Shown: positions 28,321 through 38,126, counted from the first letter of the stretch. The stretch: 40,785 nucleotides of DNA from Emticicia sp. (GCA_046291385.1 JBKBSS010000001.1:1-40785), one strand, 5' to 3'. The notes: generated by a model from the letters alone, not told the origin. A program made the numbers and translations.

Positions 28321-28821
28321 ATGAGCTTTAACGAGATTAAAGAATTGATAATCAGTATGTTTGGTGAAGAAGTTGTTTTGAAAGAAGATTCAACTTCGCT
28401 GCAACATAGCATAACCATACCCAACGAACGTCTGCTTGAAGTTTGTCAGTTTCTGCACGTTCAGCCCAAATTATATTTTGATTTTTTGGCGTGTATTACA
28501 GGCATTGATAACGGCCCGACGGTTGGAACTGTTGAAGTTATTTATCATTTAACGTCAATTCCTTACGAACATAATTTTGTACTGAAAGTAGAAGTTTCTC
28601 GCAATAATGAAGGCGAGCCATTGCCAAAAGTATATTCGCTGACACCCATTTGGAAAACTGCCGATTGGCACGAAAGGGAAGTTTTTGATTTAGTTGGAAT
28701 TGATTTTGTGGGGCATCCCGACTTGCGAAGAATTTTATTACCAGCCGATTGGGAAGGATATCCACTCCGAAAAGATTATAAAGAACAAGAAATCTATCAT
28801 GGAATAAAAGTGAAATATTGA
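28321..28821 (+). CDS. nuoC: NADH-quinone oxidoreductase subunit C
   Basis: ADWHEREVFDLVGI.F.GHPDLRRILLP..WEGYPLRKDY. Confidence 0.93.
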   Translation: MSFNEIKELIISMFGEEVVLKEDSTSLQHSITIPNERLLEVCQFLHVQPKLYFDFLACITGIDNGPTVGTVEVIYHLTSIPYEHNFVLKVEVSRNNEGEPLPKVYSLTPIWKTADWHEREVFDLVGIDFVGHPDLRRILLPADWEGYPLRKDYKEQEIYHGIKVKY

Positions 28822-28834
28822 GTTTTATTTCTTA

Positions 28835-28976
28835 TTCATTGCCGTCTGCTTTAGCTGACGGATAAAAAGTACAATAAGGTAGATAGGCTTTAGCCTAAAT
28901 CAGTTCTATGATTTGGGCTAAAGCCTATTTAATTTTTTATTTTAGCAATCCGTCAGCTAAAGCAGACGGCAATGAA
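28835..28976. mobile_element. MITE/REPIN-like element, copy 2 (142 bp)
   Basis: Perfect terminal inverted repeat ttcattgccgtctgctttagctgacggat / atccgtcagctaaagcagacggcaatgaa; internal ggctttagcc/ggctaaagcc. Confidence 0.8.
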
Positions 28977-29043
28977 AAAAGTTGTGAATTGTTTATTGTC
29001 AGTGTGTTTGGAATATTTCTTTATTCGTTCAAAACAATAAATG

Positions 29044-30639
29044 CTAATACTGCAAAGCAGTCTTAAACTCAGAAGTAGTATGAAACTGAATATCAGGGTT
29101 ATTTTGAATATTCATTCTTAAAATCCAGTCAGTTTCGGCCAAAAATACAGGATTTTGGTCTTTATCGTAGGCGATGAAGCTACTTTTCAGACGAATAAAT
29201 TCTGCTAATTTAATTTTATCTTCGCACGTAATCCAACAAGCTTTTGAGTAGGGGCGATGCTCGAAAATACAACTTGCCGAATATTCATTCAATAAACGAT
29301 GCTGAATAACCTCAAATTGAAGTTCACCAACCGTTCCGATAATTTTTCTATTTCCAGGCTGAATCGTGAATAATTGAGCAACACCTTCATCGGTTAATTG
29401 TTGCACACCTTTCTCCAATTGCTTCGATTTCATCGGGTCTTTGTTAATTACCTCTTTGAAAATCTCGGGTGAGAAACTCGGAATTCCAGTAAACTGCAAT
29501 TCTTCACCTTCAGTCAAAGTATCTCCAATTTTGAAAGTACCAGTATCATACAAACCAATCACATCACCTGGGAAACCTTCTTCGATTACGTCTTTACGGT
29601 CTGCCAAAAATGCAAATGGACTTGCAAAACGAATATCTTTATTTAAACGTACGTGTTTGTAGAATTTTCCACGCTCAAACTGACCACTGCAAATACGCAA
29701 AAAGGCAATTCTATCACGGTGGCGAGGGTCGATATTTGCGTGAATTTTAAAGACAAAACCGCTAAATTTATTCTCGTCAGGCTCAACCATGCGTTTATCG
29801 GTCATGCGGTGAACTGGCAATGGCGAAACATCACAAAATGTATTCAATAATTCCATGACACCGAAATTACTCACGGCACTACCAAAGAATACGGGTGCTA
29901 AATCGCCGTTTAGATAGGCTTCTTTATCGAAAGTATCATAAATTCCGTCAATTAATTCTACGTCTTCACGCAATTGAGCTGCATCTTTTTCTCCTACTTT
30001 TTGGTCTAAAATGGCAGAATCTAACTCAATTACATCAATATCATCTTCCAAACGAGTTTTGTTGATGGCAAAGTGATTCATTTTCTTTTCGAGTAAATGA
30101 TACACACCTTTGAAACTCGAACCGCCATTGACAGGCCAAGTAATTGGGCGAACTCTCAAATTCAATTTTTGCTCCAACTCGTCCAATAAATCGAAGGGAT
30201 TTTGTCCTTCTCTATCCATTTTATTGATAAAAATAATCACAGGAGTTTTTCGCATCCTGCAAACTTCCATCAATCTTTCGGTTTGTTCCTCAACGCCTTT
30301 TACGCAGTCAATCACCAAAATTACACTATCGACCGCCGTTAGCGTGCGATAAGTATCTTCGGCAAAATCTTTGTGACCAGGAGTATCAAGGATATTGATT
30401 TTTAGCTCACGGTATTCAAAAGTCATTACCGATGTTGCCACCGAAATACCACGTTGCTTTTCGATTTCCATAAAGTCAGAGGTTGTTGACTTCTTGATTT
30501 TATTCGATTTTACAGCTCCCGCAGTCTGAATCGCACCTCCGAAAAGTAGAAGTTTTTCGGTCAAAGTGGTTTTTCCTGCATCGGGGTGGGCAATGATGGC
30601 GAACGTGCGGCGTTTGTGTAACTCTTCAGTAAATGACAT
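29044..30639 (-). CDS. prfC: Peptide chain release factor 3 (531 aa)
   Basis: [24 protein letters not shown] and HRDRIAF motifs. Start set at MSFTEE, with TAATTTTG promoter at 30673-30666. Confidence 0.97.
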   Translation of the reverse strand: MSFTEELHKRRTFAIIAHPDAGKTTLTEKLLLFGGAIQTAGAVKSNKIKKSTTSDFMEIEKQRGISVATSVMTFEYRELKINILDTPGHKDFAEDTYRTLTAVDSVILVIDCVKGVEEQTERLMEVCRMRKTPVIIFINKMDREGQNPFDLLDELEQKLNLRVRPITWPVNGGSSFKGVYHLLEKKMNHFAINKTRLEDDIDVIELDSAILDQKVGEKDAAQLREDVELIDGIYDTFDKEAYLNGDLAPVFFGSAVSNFGVMELLNTFCDVSPLPVHRMTDKRMVEPDENKFSGFVFKIHANIDPRHRDRIAFLRICSGQFERGKFYKHVRLNKDIRFASPFAFLADRKDVIEEGFPGDVIGLYDTGTFKIGDTLTEGEELQFTGIPSFSPEIFKEVINKDPMKSKQLEKGVQQLTDEGVAQLFTIQPGNRKIIGTVGELQFEVIQHRLLNEYSASCIFEHRPYSKACWITCEDKIKLAEFIRLKSSFIAYDKDQNPVFLAETDWILRMNIQNNPDIQFHTTSEFKTALQY

Positions 30640-30686
30640 TTTGAATCTTAATTTTAAAACGAGTGCAAAATTAGTCAAAATTTTCC

Positions 30687-30774
30687 GTGAGGCGAACTGG
30701 AAGTTCGCCTTTGTTTCAAAAATTAAGGAAAATGATAGATAAAGTATTATGGCGAACAGGATGTTCGCTCCACA
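30687..30774. repeat. Two uninterrupted GCGAAC-N5-GTTCGC REPs
   Basis: aggcgaactggaagttcgcct (30690-30710) and gcgaacaggatgttcgctccaca (30752-30774). Confidence 0.8.
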
Positions 30775-30775
30775 A

Positions 30776-31372
30776 TTAAAACTCAGGAGCAAACTTGTTC
30801 CAAAGTTTATTGGCTTGGTCTTGAATTGGTTTTGGAAGTTTATTAAAATAGCCATCGGCTACTTTTTCTTTCGGAAAATCAAATCCACGAGGCAATGTTT
30901 TTCCTCTGATTGCGGCTTTATTGCCGTTTTCAATCACCATTAATTTTAAAGTAATCGGACTAACATCACTGCGGCAACCAACTTTATACAGAAAAGTAAT
31001 TTCGGCGTATTTGTTTTTATCTAAATCGCTGATAGTGAGCGATTCTGTAAGAAATTGCAAGTCGTTGTCAAATTCACAATGGTCTTCTTTATCAGTAATT
31101 TGTCGAAGTAAAACAAGCTCTTTATTACTTTTTTCGATGTAATGTTGCACTAAAATCGCTTTTGAAGCCCATTCATCCGACCTATTTTGTAGCGTTGTAG
31201 CAACTAAATAATTTTTGCCATTTTTATCTTCAAATTGAAAAGCTTTATCGACATTCGCATCATCGGATACAATTTTTCGGAGAATGGATGGCTCAATATT
31301 TTTGGTGACTATTTTCTGTGAAAAACTACTAAAACTGATAAAAAAACTAAAAATAACTGCGATTTTCTTCAT
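30776..31372 (-). CDS. Exported conserved protein (resembles the M949_RS01915 family)
   Basis: Signal peptide; CEFD, DLDKN..AEI and CRSDVSP patterns. Family name is from recall and unverified. Confidence 0.55.
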   Translation of the reverse strand: MKKIAVIFSFFISFSSFSQKIVTKNIEPSILRKIVSDDANVDKAFQFEDKNGKNYLVATTLQNRSDEWASKAILVQHYIEKSNKELVLLRQITDKEDHCEFDNDLQFLTESLTISDLDKNKYAEITFLYKVGCRSDVSPITLKLMVIENGNKAAIRGKTLPRGFDFPKEKVADGYFNKLPKPIQDQANKLWNKFAPEF

Positions 31373-31406
31373 GGTGCTTTATGCTAAAAATTAGTTTGGC
31401 TATTTT

Positions 31407-31482
31407 TGTAGGACAACTACGTCGGTAGTCTGATTTGTAAATTGTTGATTATTTATGGAACAATTTGCAAAATTATCCTACA
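31407..31482. repeat. Inverted GTAG-REP pair; the left copy carries a net 16-nt insert
   Basis: tgtaggacaa[ctacgtcggtagtctga]tttgtaaattgtt versus the partner's reverse complement tgtaggataattttgcaaattgtt. Confidence 0.8.
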
Positions 31483-31483
31483 T

Positions 31484-32524
31484 TTAATTCTTAAAATATT
31501 CTTTCAAAACATCTTCACCAACTTTGCCTTGTGGCGTGTATTTATCTCTGAATTTGTGTTTTCGGCCTTCATCATTCTCTCTTTTCATATCGGGAAACCA
31601 CTTCCAAATAAAACAACCAGCGAGCCAACGTTCTTTCCAAATTTCTTCAAAAAATGCTTTGTAAGCCGCTGCTTGAAGTGCATCATTATCGGGGTGCTTC
31701 GAATAGGATTCCCAAGGTTTTTGAGTGGTAAAATCGGTGCTTTGATAACCAATTTCAGTAAAAAGTATAGGTTTTTGTATTTTTCTGCTAAATTTTTCAA
31801 GGTCGGTGCGGTGTTTGTTCCAACCCTTCTTGATGTTTTCTAATGAAGGAGATTTTTCTTCGGCCAACGGAAAATAGCCATCTACACCCACAAAATCGAG
31901 TTCGTTCCAAAATGGTACTTTGTCGTAGCAATCCCAGTTTTCGGCATAAGTTAGTTTTCCTTTATAAACGTTTCTGATGTCTTTGATGATTTTGTGCCAA
32001 AAATCAGGTCGTTTTTCTACGAAATTTTCAAATTCGGTGGCAATGCAATAGATTTCTACGTTTGTTGAGTCGGCAACTTTTGCAAAATCCAATAAATATT
32101 CGCCAAATGATTTCTCAAAAGTTTGCCATTCGGCTTCGGTTTTGAAATCTAAATCGCCCGTAAATGTACTTCCCGAATTACTTTGCACCCATGCGTGGGG
32201 TTTTAACATCACTTTCAAGCCTTTTTCGTGAGCCATTCTTACACATTCGCTCACACCTTTTGGAGATTCGCCCCACCAATGGCCGTCCGACGATTTATTA
32301 TATCTAAATTCTGGACTGCCATCACGAGTAAATCCATAAGGAGTTAGAGCTACCCATTCGGCGTGGACATTTTTTACGTTGTCAAACTCGGTTGCTTCAA
32401 TTTCCCGTGGAGGTGCTACAAAACAAACGCCTTTTAGCTTAGAACCCTCAAAAACAACGGCTTTGTTTTGGCAACTGAGACTTCCGAGTAGAAGAAAGCA
32501 GTAAAAGAAATATTTTTTGGACAT
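31484..32524 (-). CDS. GH113-like glycoside hydrolase lipoprotein
   Basis: Lipobox SLSC; VMLKPH, IATEF, TYAENW, VGVDGYFPL and ILFTEIGY motifs. Confidence 0.75.
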   Translation of the reverse strand: MSKKYFFYCFLLLGSLSCQNKAVVFEGSKLKGVCFVAPPREIEATEFDNVKNVHAEWVALTPYGFTRDGSPEFRYNKSSDGHWWGESPKGVSECVRMAHEKGLKVMLKPHAWVQSNSGSTFTGDLDFKTEAEWQTFEKSFGEYLLDFAKVADSTNVEIYCIATEFENFVEKRPDFWHKIIKDIRNVYKGKLTYAENWDCYDKVPFWNELDFVGVDGYFPLAEEKSPSLENIKKGWNKHRTDLEKFSRKIQKPILFTEIGYQSTDFTTQKPWESYSKHPDNDALQAAAYKAFFEEIWKERWLAGCFIWKWFPDMKRENDEGRKHKFRDKYTPQGKVGEDVLKEYFKN

Positions 32525-32622
32525 TTTTGAAGGTTGAGAAATTGAAAAAAGTCGAATATTTGTTATAAAATTGAGAAATAGTCAATAGTTTTGCAAATAA
32601 ACTTTTCCCTAATCGAAAAAGA

Positions 32623-32802
32623 ATGATTTTTGAAGAATATTTGATTACAAAGAAAATTGATGCTACCGAATTCCAAAAATCTGAACCTCAAAGATTTGAC
32701 GAATGGAAGTATCTATTTGCTCAAATGCACGCCGAAAGTTTTACTGCACAAAAGAAATTTTTGATTAATTCTACTCGAAGAAAATATCAAATTATGAAGT
32801 AA
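32623..32802 (+). CDS. Small hypothetical protein (59 aa) missing from the ORF track
   Basis: MIFEEYLITKKIDATEFQKSEPQRFDEWKYLFAQMHAESFTAQKKFLINSTRRKYQIMK*; TAGTTTTG promoter at 32586-32593. Confidence 0.75.
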   Translation: MIFEEYLITKKIDATEFQKSEPQRFDEWKYLFAQMHAESFTAQKKFLINSTRRKYQIMK

Positions 32803-32885
32803 CTAAAGGTTTCTCTTTCTTCTCAAAAAAGTGTCTTATTGTGTAGATTATCAGTGTTTTATCTTATTTTTTCTGCCTTGTCGCA

Positions 32886-32942
32886 TCTTCCTTGTCTATT
32901 ATTACAAGCCATTCGTCTATTCTTTTCAGCCGCTCGTAAATT
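32886..32942 (+). promoter_or_regulatory. Three direct repeats at 21-bp period (LytTR-type site candidate)
   Basis: cttccttgtctatt / gccattcgtctatt / gccgctcgtaaatt starting at 32887, 32908 and 32929. Confidence 0.55.
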
Positions 32943-33064
32943 ATCCAAATCTTTTGGTACTAATTTTAGTTTTCAAAGGGTAAACAAGCGTTAGTTTTGT
33001 ACTTATTTAAGATTTGGATATTCTTAAATCGTGCTGTACAAATACTATTTTAAAAAATCAACTA

Positions 33065-35683
33065 ATGAAAAAACTAAATTTGCTTTTAATTTTAATCGTA
33101 GGAACATTGAGTACAACTTTCGCCCAGTTTTCAGGTGGCGGCGGTGGTGGCGGTGGAATGCGTAGTGGTGGATTCCCAGGAATGAACCAGCAACAACAAC
33201 AACAACAAATCCCACAAGAAGAGATTCCGAGAGGTTCGGCAAAAATATCTGGAAAATTGATAGATTCTACCACCAACAAAGCCGTAGAATTTGCGTCAGT
33301 AGCAGTTTATGACAAAAATAATAAGGTTGTAGATGGTGCAATGACTGATATGAATGGTGCTTTTACGGTAAAAAGCTTGGCCAAAGGCACGTATAAAGTT
33401 GTAGGTTCATTTATTGGCTACAAAAATGCGGTTATGTCGAAAGTTGAAATTAAGGCAAATAAAGAAGAGGTAAACGTTGGAAATTTATTGATGTCAACTG
33501 ACACAAAAGTTTTGGGCGAAGTAACCGTAACTGGTCAAGCGTCACTAATTGAAGATAAAGTTGACCGTTTGGTGTATAATGCCGATAAAGATATTACGAG
33601 TAAAGGCGGAACTGCCGAAGACGTTTTGCGTAAAGTTCCGATGCTAACCGTTGATATTGATGGAAACGTGCAGATGCGTGGAAGTGGCAATATCAAGGTT
33701 TTGATTAATAACAAACCTTCGAGTATTTTGGCGAGTAATGTTGCCGATGCCATCAAGCAAATCCCTGCTGATATGATTAAGCAAGTGGAGGTAATTACTT
33801 CACCATCGGCTAAATACGATGCAGAAGGAACGGCGGGTATTATTAATATTATTACAAAGAAAAATAATCTTCAAGGTTTAACAGGATTCTTGAATGCGGG
33901 TGCGGGTGTGCGTGGTGCAAATGCTTTTGGTAATGTAAATTTACGCAAAAAGAAAATCGGTACTGCGTTAAGTTTTGGTGGAAATAGCTCATACAACACA
34001 CCGAGCGATGGCTCAACTGAGCGTACTTCGTCGGTTAGAGGTGTTGAAACAAAATTTAAGCAATCAGACGCAAATGATGTCAGACGCTTATTTGCCAATT
34101 CTCAACTGACGATTGATTATGATATTAATGCTACAAACTCAATGAGTTTGAGTGGAAGATATGGTTTGGGGAATTTCAATACGAGTGGTGTTCAGACAAG
34201 CTTACTAAATACAATATCGGGTACAGTATTGCAGCAGTTTACCCAAGATGCCGAGAATATTCGTGGCAATAAAAGCATAGACCTTGATTTTAACTATACT
34301 AAAACCTTCAAAGAGAAAGGCCATGAGTTGGCCTTTTTAACTCAATACGGACGAAATATCAGGGTGACAGATTTTACCAACTCCCGTAGTGGTTTACCAT
34401 TCAATAAGAGTAATAATGACGGAATTAATCGAGAAACTACATTGCAATTAGATTATACTTACCCGTTTAAGAAAAATATTTTTGAAATGGGTGCGAAGTA
34501 TATTATAAGAGACGTGACGAGTGAGTTTGATTTCTTTAATTGGAATCCTACTGCAAACGATTATGTGATTCAAGCAAATAGAACAAATAACTTTAGTTAT
34601 AATCAAGATGTAGCTTCTGCTTATTCGACTTTCACAATATCTTTACCCAAAAAATGGGGTATTAAAGCAGGTGTTCGTTATGAAAACACACAAATAACTG
34701 CTAAATTCCAGACATCTGATAGTAAAATTACGATTCCTGCTTACGATAACTTTATTCCGAGTTTGTCGGTTTCTAAAGATTTTCCAAAGAATCACAAAGT
34801 TAGAGCGAGTTATACGCAACGTATTCAGCGTCCATCACTTGAATTCTTGAATCCGTTTGTAAATTATGCCGACCCATTGAATATTTCGTTCGGTAATCCA
34901 TTGCTGAAACCTGAGTTGAGCCATAGTTTTGAGTTGAATTATAGTACCTATTTCAAAGCTAATTCAATCAATGTTTCTGTATTTAGAAGATTTACGGATA
35001 ATAATATTACAAGTGTAAGGTCGGTAAACGAGCAAGGAATTGTGACTTCGACCTTTGATAATATCGGAAAAACAAACTTTTATGGCGGTAGTATTTTCGT
35101 AAATTTACAGCCAACAAAAAGCTTGAGAATTGGTGGAGGAACAAACATTACTAACAATCTGTTGAGTGGTTCGATTTTGATTCCAATCTTGGATGCTACA
35201 ACAAAGACTTATAAAAATACAGTCGTACCAATCTCGAATGAAGGCTGGAATGCGAACGTAAACTTCAATGCTTCATATACTTTCACGAAAGGTTGGGGGG
35301 CTCAAGCGTTTGGTTTCATGGGTAGCCGTCAGATTCAATTGCAAGGTTATCAAGGAGCTTTCCGTTACTATAACTTGGGCGTGAAAAAAGACTTCAAGAA
35401 TAAAAAAGGAAGTTTCACTTTTGGTCTTGATAATCCGTTTACGAAATCACTCAAAATTTCGAGCGAATCAAGTGACCCAACTTTTAGAAGTGTCAATGTG
35501 CGTAATATTTATAATCGTGGAGCTCGTTTCTCAATCAATTATATGTTTGGAAAAATGGATTTCAATGGTGGAAATATGTTCCGCAGTAAGAAAAAAGTAA
35601 GTAATGATGATGCGAAAGCAGGCGAAGGTGATGGCGGTGCCGCAGCTCCACAACCAGCCGCTGGTGGTGGTCGTCCAAGATAA
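33065..35683 (+). CDS. TonB-dependent-receptor-like outer membrane beta-barrel with N-terminal CarboxypepD_reg-like domain (872 aa)
   Basis: Signal peptide MKKLN; plug motif VEVITSPSAKYDAEGTAGIINII; GNPLLKPE; terminal INYMFG. Confidence 0.88.
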   Translation: MKKLNLLLILIVGTLSTTFAQFSGGGGGGGGMRSGGFPGMNQQQQQQQIPQEEIPRGSAKISGKLIDSTTNKAVEFASVAVYDKNNKVVDGAMTDMNGAFTVKSLAKGTYKVVGSFIGYKNAVMSKVEIKANKEEVNVGNLLMSTDTKVLGEVTVTGQASLIEDKVDRLVYNADKDITSKGGTAEDVLRKVPMLTVDIDGNVQMRGSGNIKVLINNKPSSILASNVADAIKQIPADMIKQVEVITSPSAKYDAEGTAGIINIITKKNNLQGLTGFLNAGAGVRGANAFGNVNLRKKKIGTALSFGGNSSYNTPSDGSTERTSSVRGVETKFKQSDANDVRRLFANSQLTIDYDINATNSMSLSGRYGLGNFNTSGVQTSLLNTISGTVLQQFTQDAENIRGNKSIDLDFNYTKTFKEKGHELAFLTQYGRNIRVTDFTNSRSGLPFNKSNNDGINRETTLQLDYTYPFKKNIFEMGAKYIIRDVTSEFDFFNWNPTANDYVIQANRTNNFSYNQDVASAYSTFTISLPKKWGIKAGVRYENTQITAKFQTSDSKITIPAYDNFIPSLSVSKDFPKNHKVRASYTQRIQRPSLEFLNPFVNYADPLNISFGNPLLKPELSHSFELNYSTYFKANSINVSVFRRFTDNNITSVRSVNEQGIVTSTFDNIGKTNFYGGSIFVNLQPTKSLRIGGGTNITNNLLSGSILIPILDATTKTYKNTVVPISNEGWNANVNFNASYTFTKGWGAQAFGFMGSRQIQLQGYQGAFRYYNLGVKKDFKNKKGSFTFGLDNPFTKSLKISSESSDPTFRSVNVRNIYNRGARFSINYMFGKMDFNGGNMFRSKKKVSNDDAKAGEGDGGAAAPQPAAGGGRPR

Positions 35684-35723
35684 TTTTAGAAAATTATACT
35701 TCAACAATAAATTTAAATTACTC

Positions 35724-35753
35724 AAAAGCCATGCAGAATTGCGTGGCTTTTTT
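35724..35753 (+). terminator. Rho-independent terminator
   Basis: aaaagccatgca ... tgcgtggctttttt. Confidence 0.7.
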
Positions 35754-35813
35754 GCTTTTGAATGATTAACTTTTATTTTTGCTGATGCTTCATTCTAAAC
35801 CCTTTAATAAATC

Positions 35814-36722
35814 GTGAAAAAATGTCTTTTTGTCCTTTCTTTATCCTTCTTGTATCTATCGGTATCTGCCCAAACAGCCAAATTAGATAAAGTTTTACAG
35901 AGTAAACTTCAAGAAACCTTCAAAGGCTTCAACGGAGTGGCTGGAATTTATGTGAAAAATTTGAAATCCAATCAATTTGTAGCCATCAATGCCGATACTA
36001 TTTTCCCGACGGCAAGTATGGTCAAAATTCCGATTATGGTCGGTACTTTTGATAAAATTCTGAAAGGAGAACTAAAATATGAAGAAGAGCTTACTTACAA
36101 AGATTCGCTACATTATGATGATGGAATTGTTGGTTCGTTGAAAGATGGTGCAAAGTTGCCACTAAATGAGGTGATGATGCTCATGTGTACGGTAAGCGAT
36201 AATACAGGAAGTTTATGGCTGCAAGGATTAGCAGGCGGAGGAACTCGAATAAATGCAATAATGGATTCTTTAGGCTTAAAAAACACTCGTGTAAACTCCC
36301 GAACAGCAGGACGTGAAGCTAACCGCACAGAATACGGTTGGGGACAAACAACGCCAAGAGAAATGGCTGAATTATTAACCATGATTCGCCAAAGAAAGGT
36401 ATTTACCGCTAATGCTTCTGATAGAATGTATCGAAATCTCGGTCGCCAGTTTTGGGATGGCGAGGGGCTTTCTCAATTACCCGAAAACATAAAAGTAGGC
36501 ACAAAAAATGGAGCGGTGAATCGTTCTCGGTCGGAAGTAGTTTTAGTTCACGCACCGCACGGTGAATATGTTTATTGTATAATCACAAAAAAGCAAACTG
36601 ATGAATCATGGAAACGAGAAAATGAAGGATATGAATTACTGAGAAAAGTAAGTGCTTTACTATGGAATTATTACGAACCAAAATCCAAATTTAAACCAGT
36701 GGAAGGTTATGAAAACTGGTAA
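35814..36722 (+). CDS. Class A beta-lactamase-like serine hydrolase
   Basis: FPTASMVK (SxxK), SDN, TTPREM and KNG in place of KTG; signal peptide; GTG start. Confidence 0.8.
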   Translation: MKKCLFVLSLSFLYLSVSAQTAKLDKVLQSKLQETFKGFNGVAGIYVKNLKSNQFVAINADTIFPTASMVKIPIMVGTFDKILKGELKYEEELTYKDSLHYDDGIVGSLKDGAKLPLNEVMMLMCTVSDNTGSLWLQGLAGGGTRINAIMDSLGLKNTRVNSRTAGREANRTEYGWGQTTPREMAELLTMIRQRKVFTANASDRMYRNLGRQFWDGEGLSQLPENIKVGTKNGAVNRSRSEVVLVHAPHGEYVYCIITKKQTDESWKRENEGYELLRKVSALLWNYYEPKSKFKPVEGYENW

Positions 36723-36813
36723 AGTATAAATAATGTAGCGTGCAGAATTATGAGTTTAGTGCGTAGGAGTTGCCAATTTCCTCATTCTATACTCATAACT
36801 CTACACTTCATAA

Positions 36814-37884
36814 CTAAAATCTCACCCCAAATCTATCACCAAGCCCTTGTAAATCTTCAATGACTTTATCATTGAGCGGAATCCCGTTTGCTCTGCGTTC
36901 TTTTTCAAGCTCACGTTCGGGGTCGCCAGGAATTATAACTGGTTGATTTTCAATGTGTTTTGCATTTCTGAAACGTTCAATCCAAGTATCCATGCTTGCC
37001 TTAAATTCTTCTTTCGGTCGGAAACCATCAATTCGCATTGCACCCAAAAAATGCCCCGTTCCTTTGCCAACTTGCTCGGCTGCAACGCCATGAAATCCAG
37101 CCGTAGCGAAAGGCGGAACCCACGGCCCAAAATTTGCTCCCGATAAAACTCCCGAAAAAATATCGACAATTGCACCCAGTCCATAACCTTTGTGGCTTCC
37201 ATGCTCACGGTCGCCACCGAGTGGTAGCAAACCTCCACCATTTTTCACGGCATTTGCGTCATCAGTCGGGTTTCCGTTGGCATCTTGTACCCAGCCGATT
37301 GGAGCAGATAAACCTTTGCGTTGAAGAATTTCCATTTTTCCATAAGCAACGGCTGTCGAGGCAAAATCTGCCACAAAAGGCGGTTGATTTCCCGCAGGAA
37401 CAGCAACCGCAATCGGGTTTGTACCAAGCATTTTTTCAACCGCAAAAGTCGGAACTACCAAAGGAGCTGCGTTTGTCATTGCCCAACCAATCATATCGTG
37501 CGGCAAAGCCAACATCGAATGATAACCCGCAATACCAAAATGATTAGAGTTTTGTACCGAAATCCAGCCCGAACCGTAGCGTTTTGCTTTTTTTATGGCC
37601 ACTTTCATGGCGAATGGTGCAACAACCAACCCCAAGCCTTTATCTCCATCAATGACGGCCGTTGAAGGCGTTTCGTGAATAATTTTAATTGCTGGATTTG
37701 GGTTTAAGCGACCATTGTCGTATAAGCGAACATAGCCAACCAAACGAGCAGTTCCGTGAGAATCAACGCCACGTAAATCGGCTGAAATCAAAACATCGGC
37801 TGCGAGTTTTGCATCTTTTCTTGGGCAACCGATACTCAAAAAGATATTTTCTGTAAAGCGTCGAAGATTTTTTTCTTTAATCAT
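36814..37884 (-). CDS. Ldh_2 family (malate/L-lactate/ureidoglycolate type 2) dehydrogenase
   Basis: ADLRGVDSHG, SNHFG, GTNPIA, HKGYGL and IPGDPE motifs. Confidence 0.92.
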   Translation of the reverse strand: MIKEKNLRRFTENIFLSIGCPRKDAKLAADVLISADLRGVDSHGTARLVGYVRLYDNGRLNPNPAIKIIHETPSTAVIDGDKGLGLVVAPFAMKVAIKKAKRYGSGWISVQNSNHFGIAGYHSMLALPHDMIGWAMTNAAPLVVPTFAVEKMLGTNPIAVAVPAGNQPPFVADFASTAVAYGKMEILQRKGLSAPIGWVQDANGNPTDDANAVKNGGGLLPLGGDREHGSHKGYGLGAIVDIFSGVLSGANFGPWVPPFATAGFHGVAAEQVGKGTGHFLGAMRIDGFRPKEEFKASMDTWIERFRNAKHIENQPVIIPGDPERELEKERRANGIPLNDKVIEDLQGLGDRFGVRF

Positions 37885-37894
37885 AATTATTTAA

Positions 37895-37932
37895 TGTGGT
37901 GCGAACCGAGCGTCGGCCGCTTCCAGTTCGCA
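37895..37932 (+). repeat. GTGG-footed REP with a 14-nt insert
   Basis: gtggtgcgaa[ccgagcgtcggccg]cttccagttcgca. Without the insert the core gcgaacttccagttcgc is identical to the reverse complement of 30692-30708. Confidence 0.85.
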
Positions 37933-38126
37933 AAAAAACGATAAGGAGAGAATATACAAAGCAAATAAAAAGTTGCTCTACAATAATTTCAAGCAAATTA
38001 ATGAATGTTTTACAGCTAAAGCAAAGAATTTTTCTTAAAATTGCCCTTCGGTTTGATAGATTAACAAACCATTCACACAATAAACCGTTACCTTGACGTT
38101 TTTAGAAAAACAAACATACTCTCATT

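Noticed and set aside
30640-30855. 72-aa N-terminal extension of RF3
   Set aside because: It spans the promoter, REPs and the neighbouring gene; RF3 similarity begins at 30639.
37877-38096. Short ORFs 37877-38080 and 37896-38096, and similarly 11997-12182
   Set aside because: They lie across promoter and REP DNA between divergent genes and lack protein-like features.
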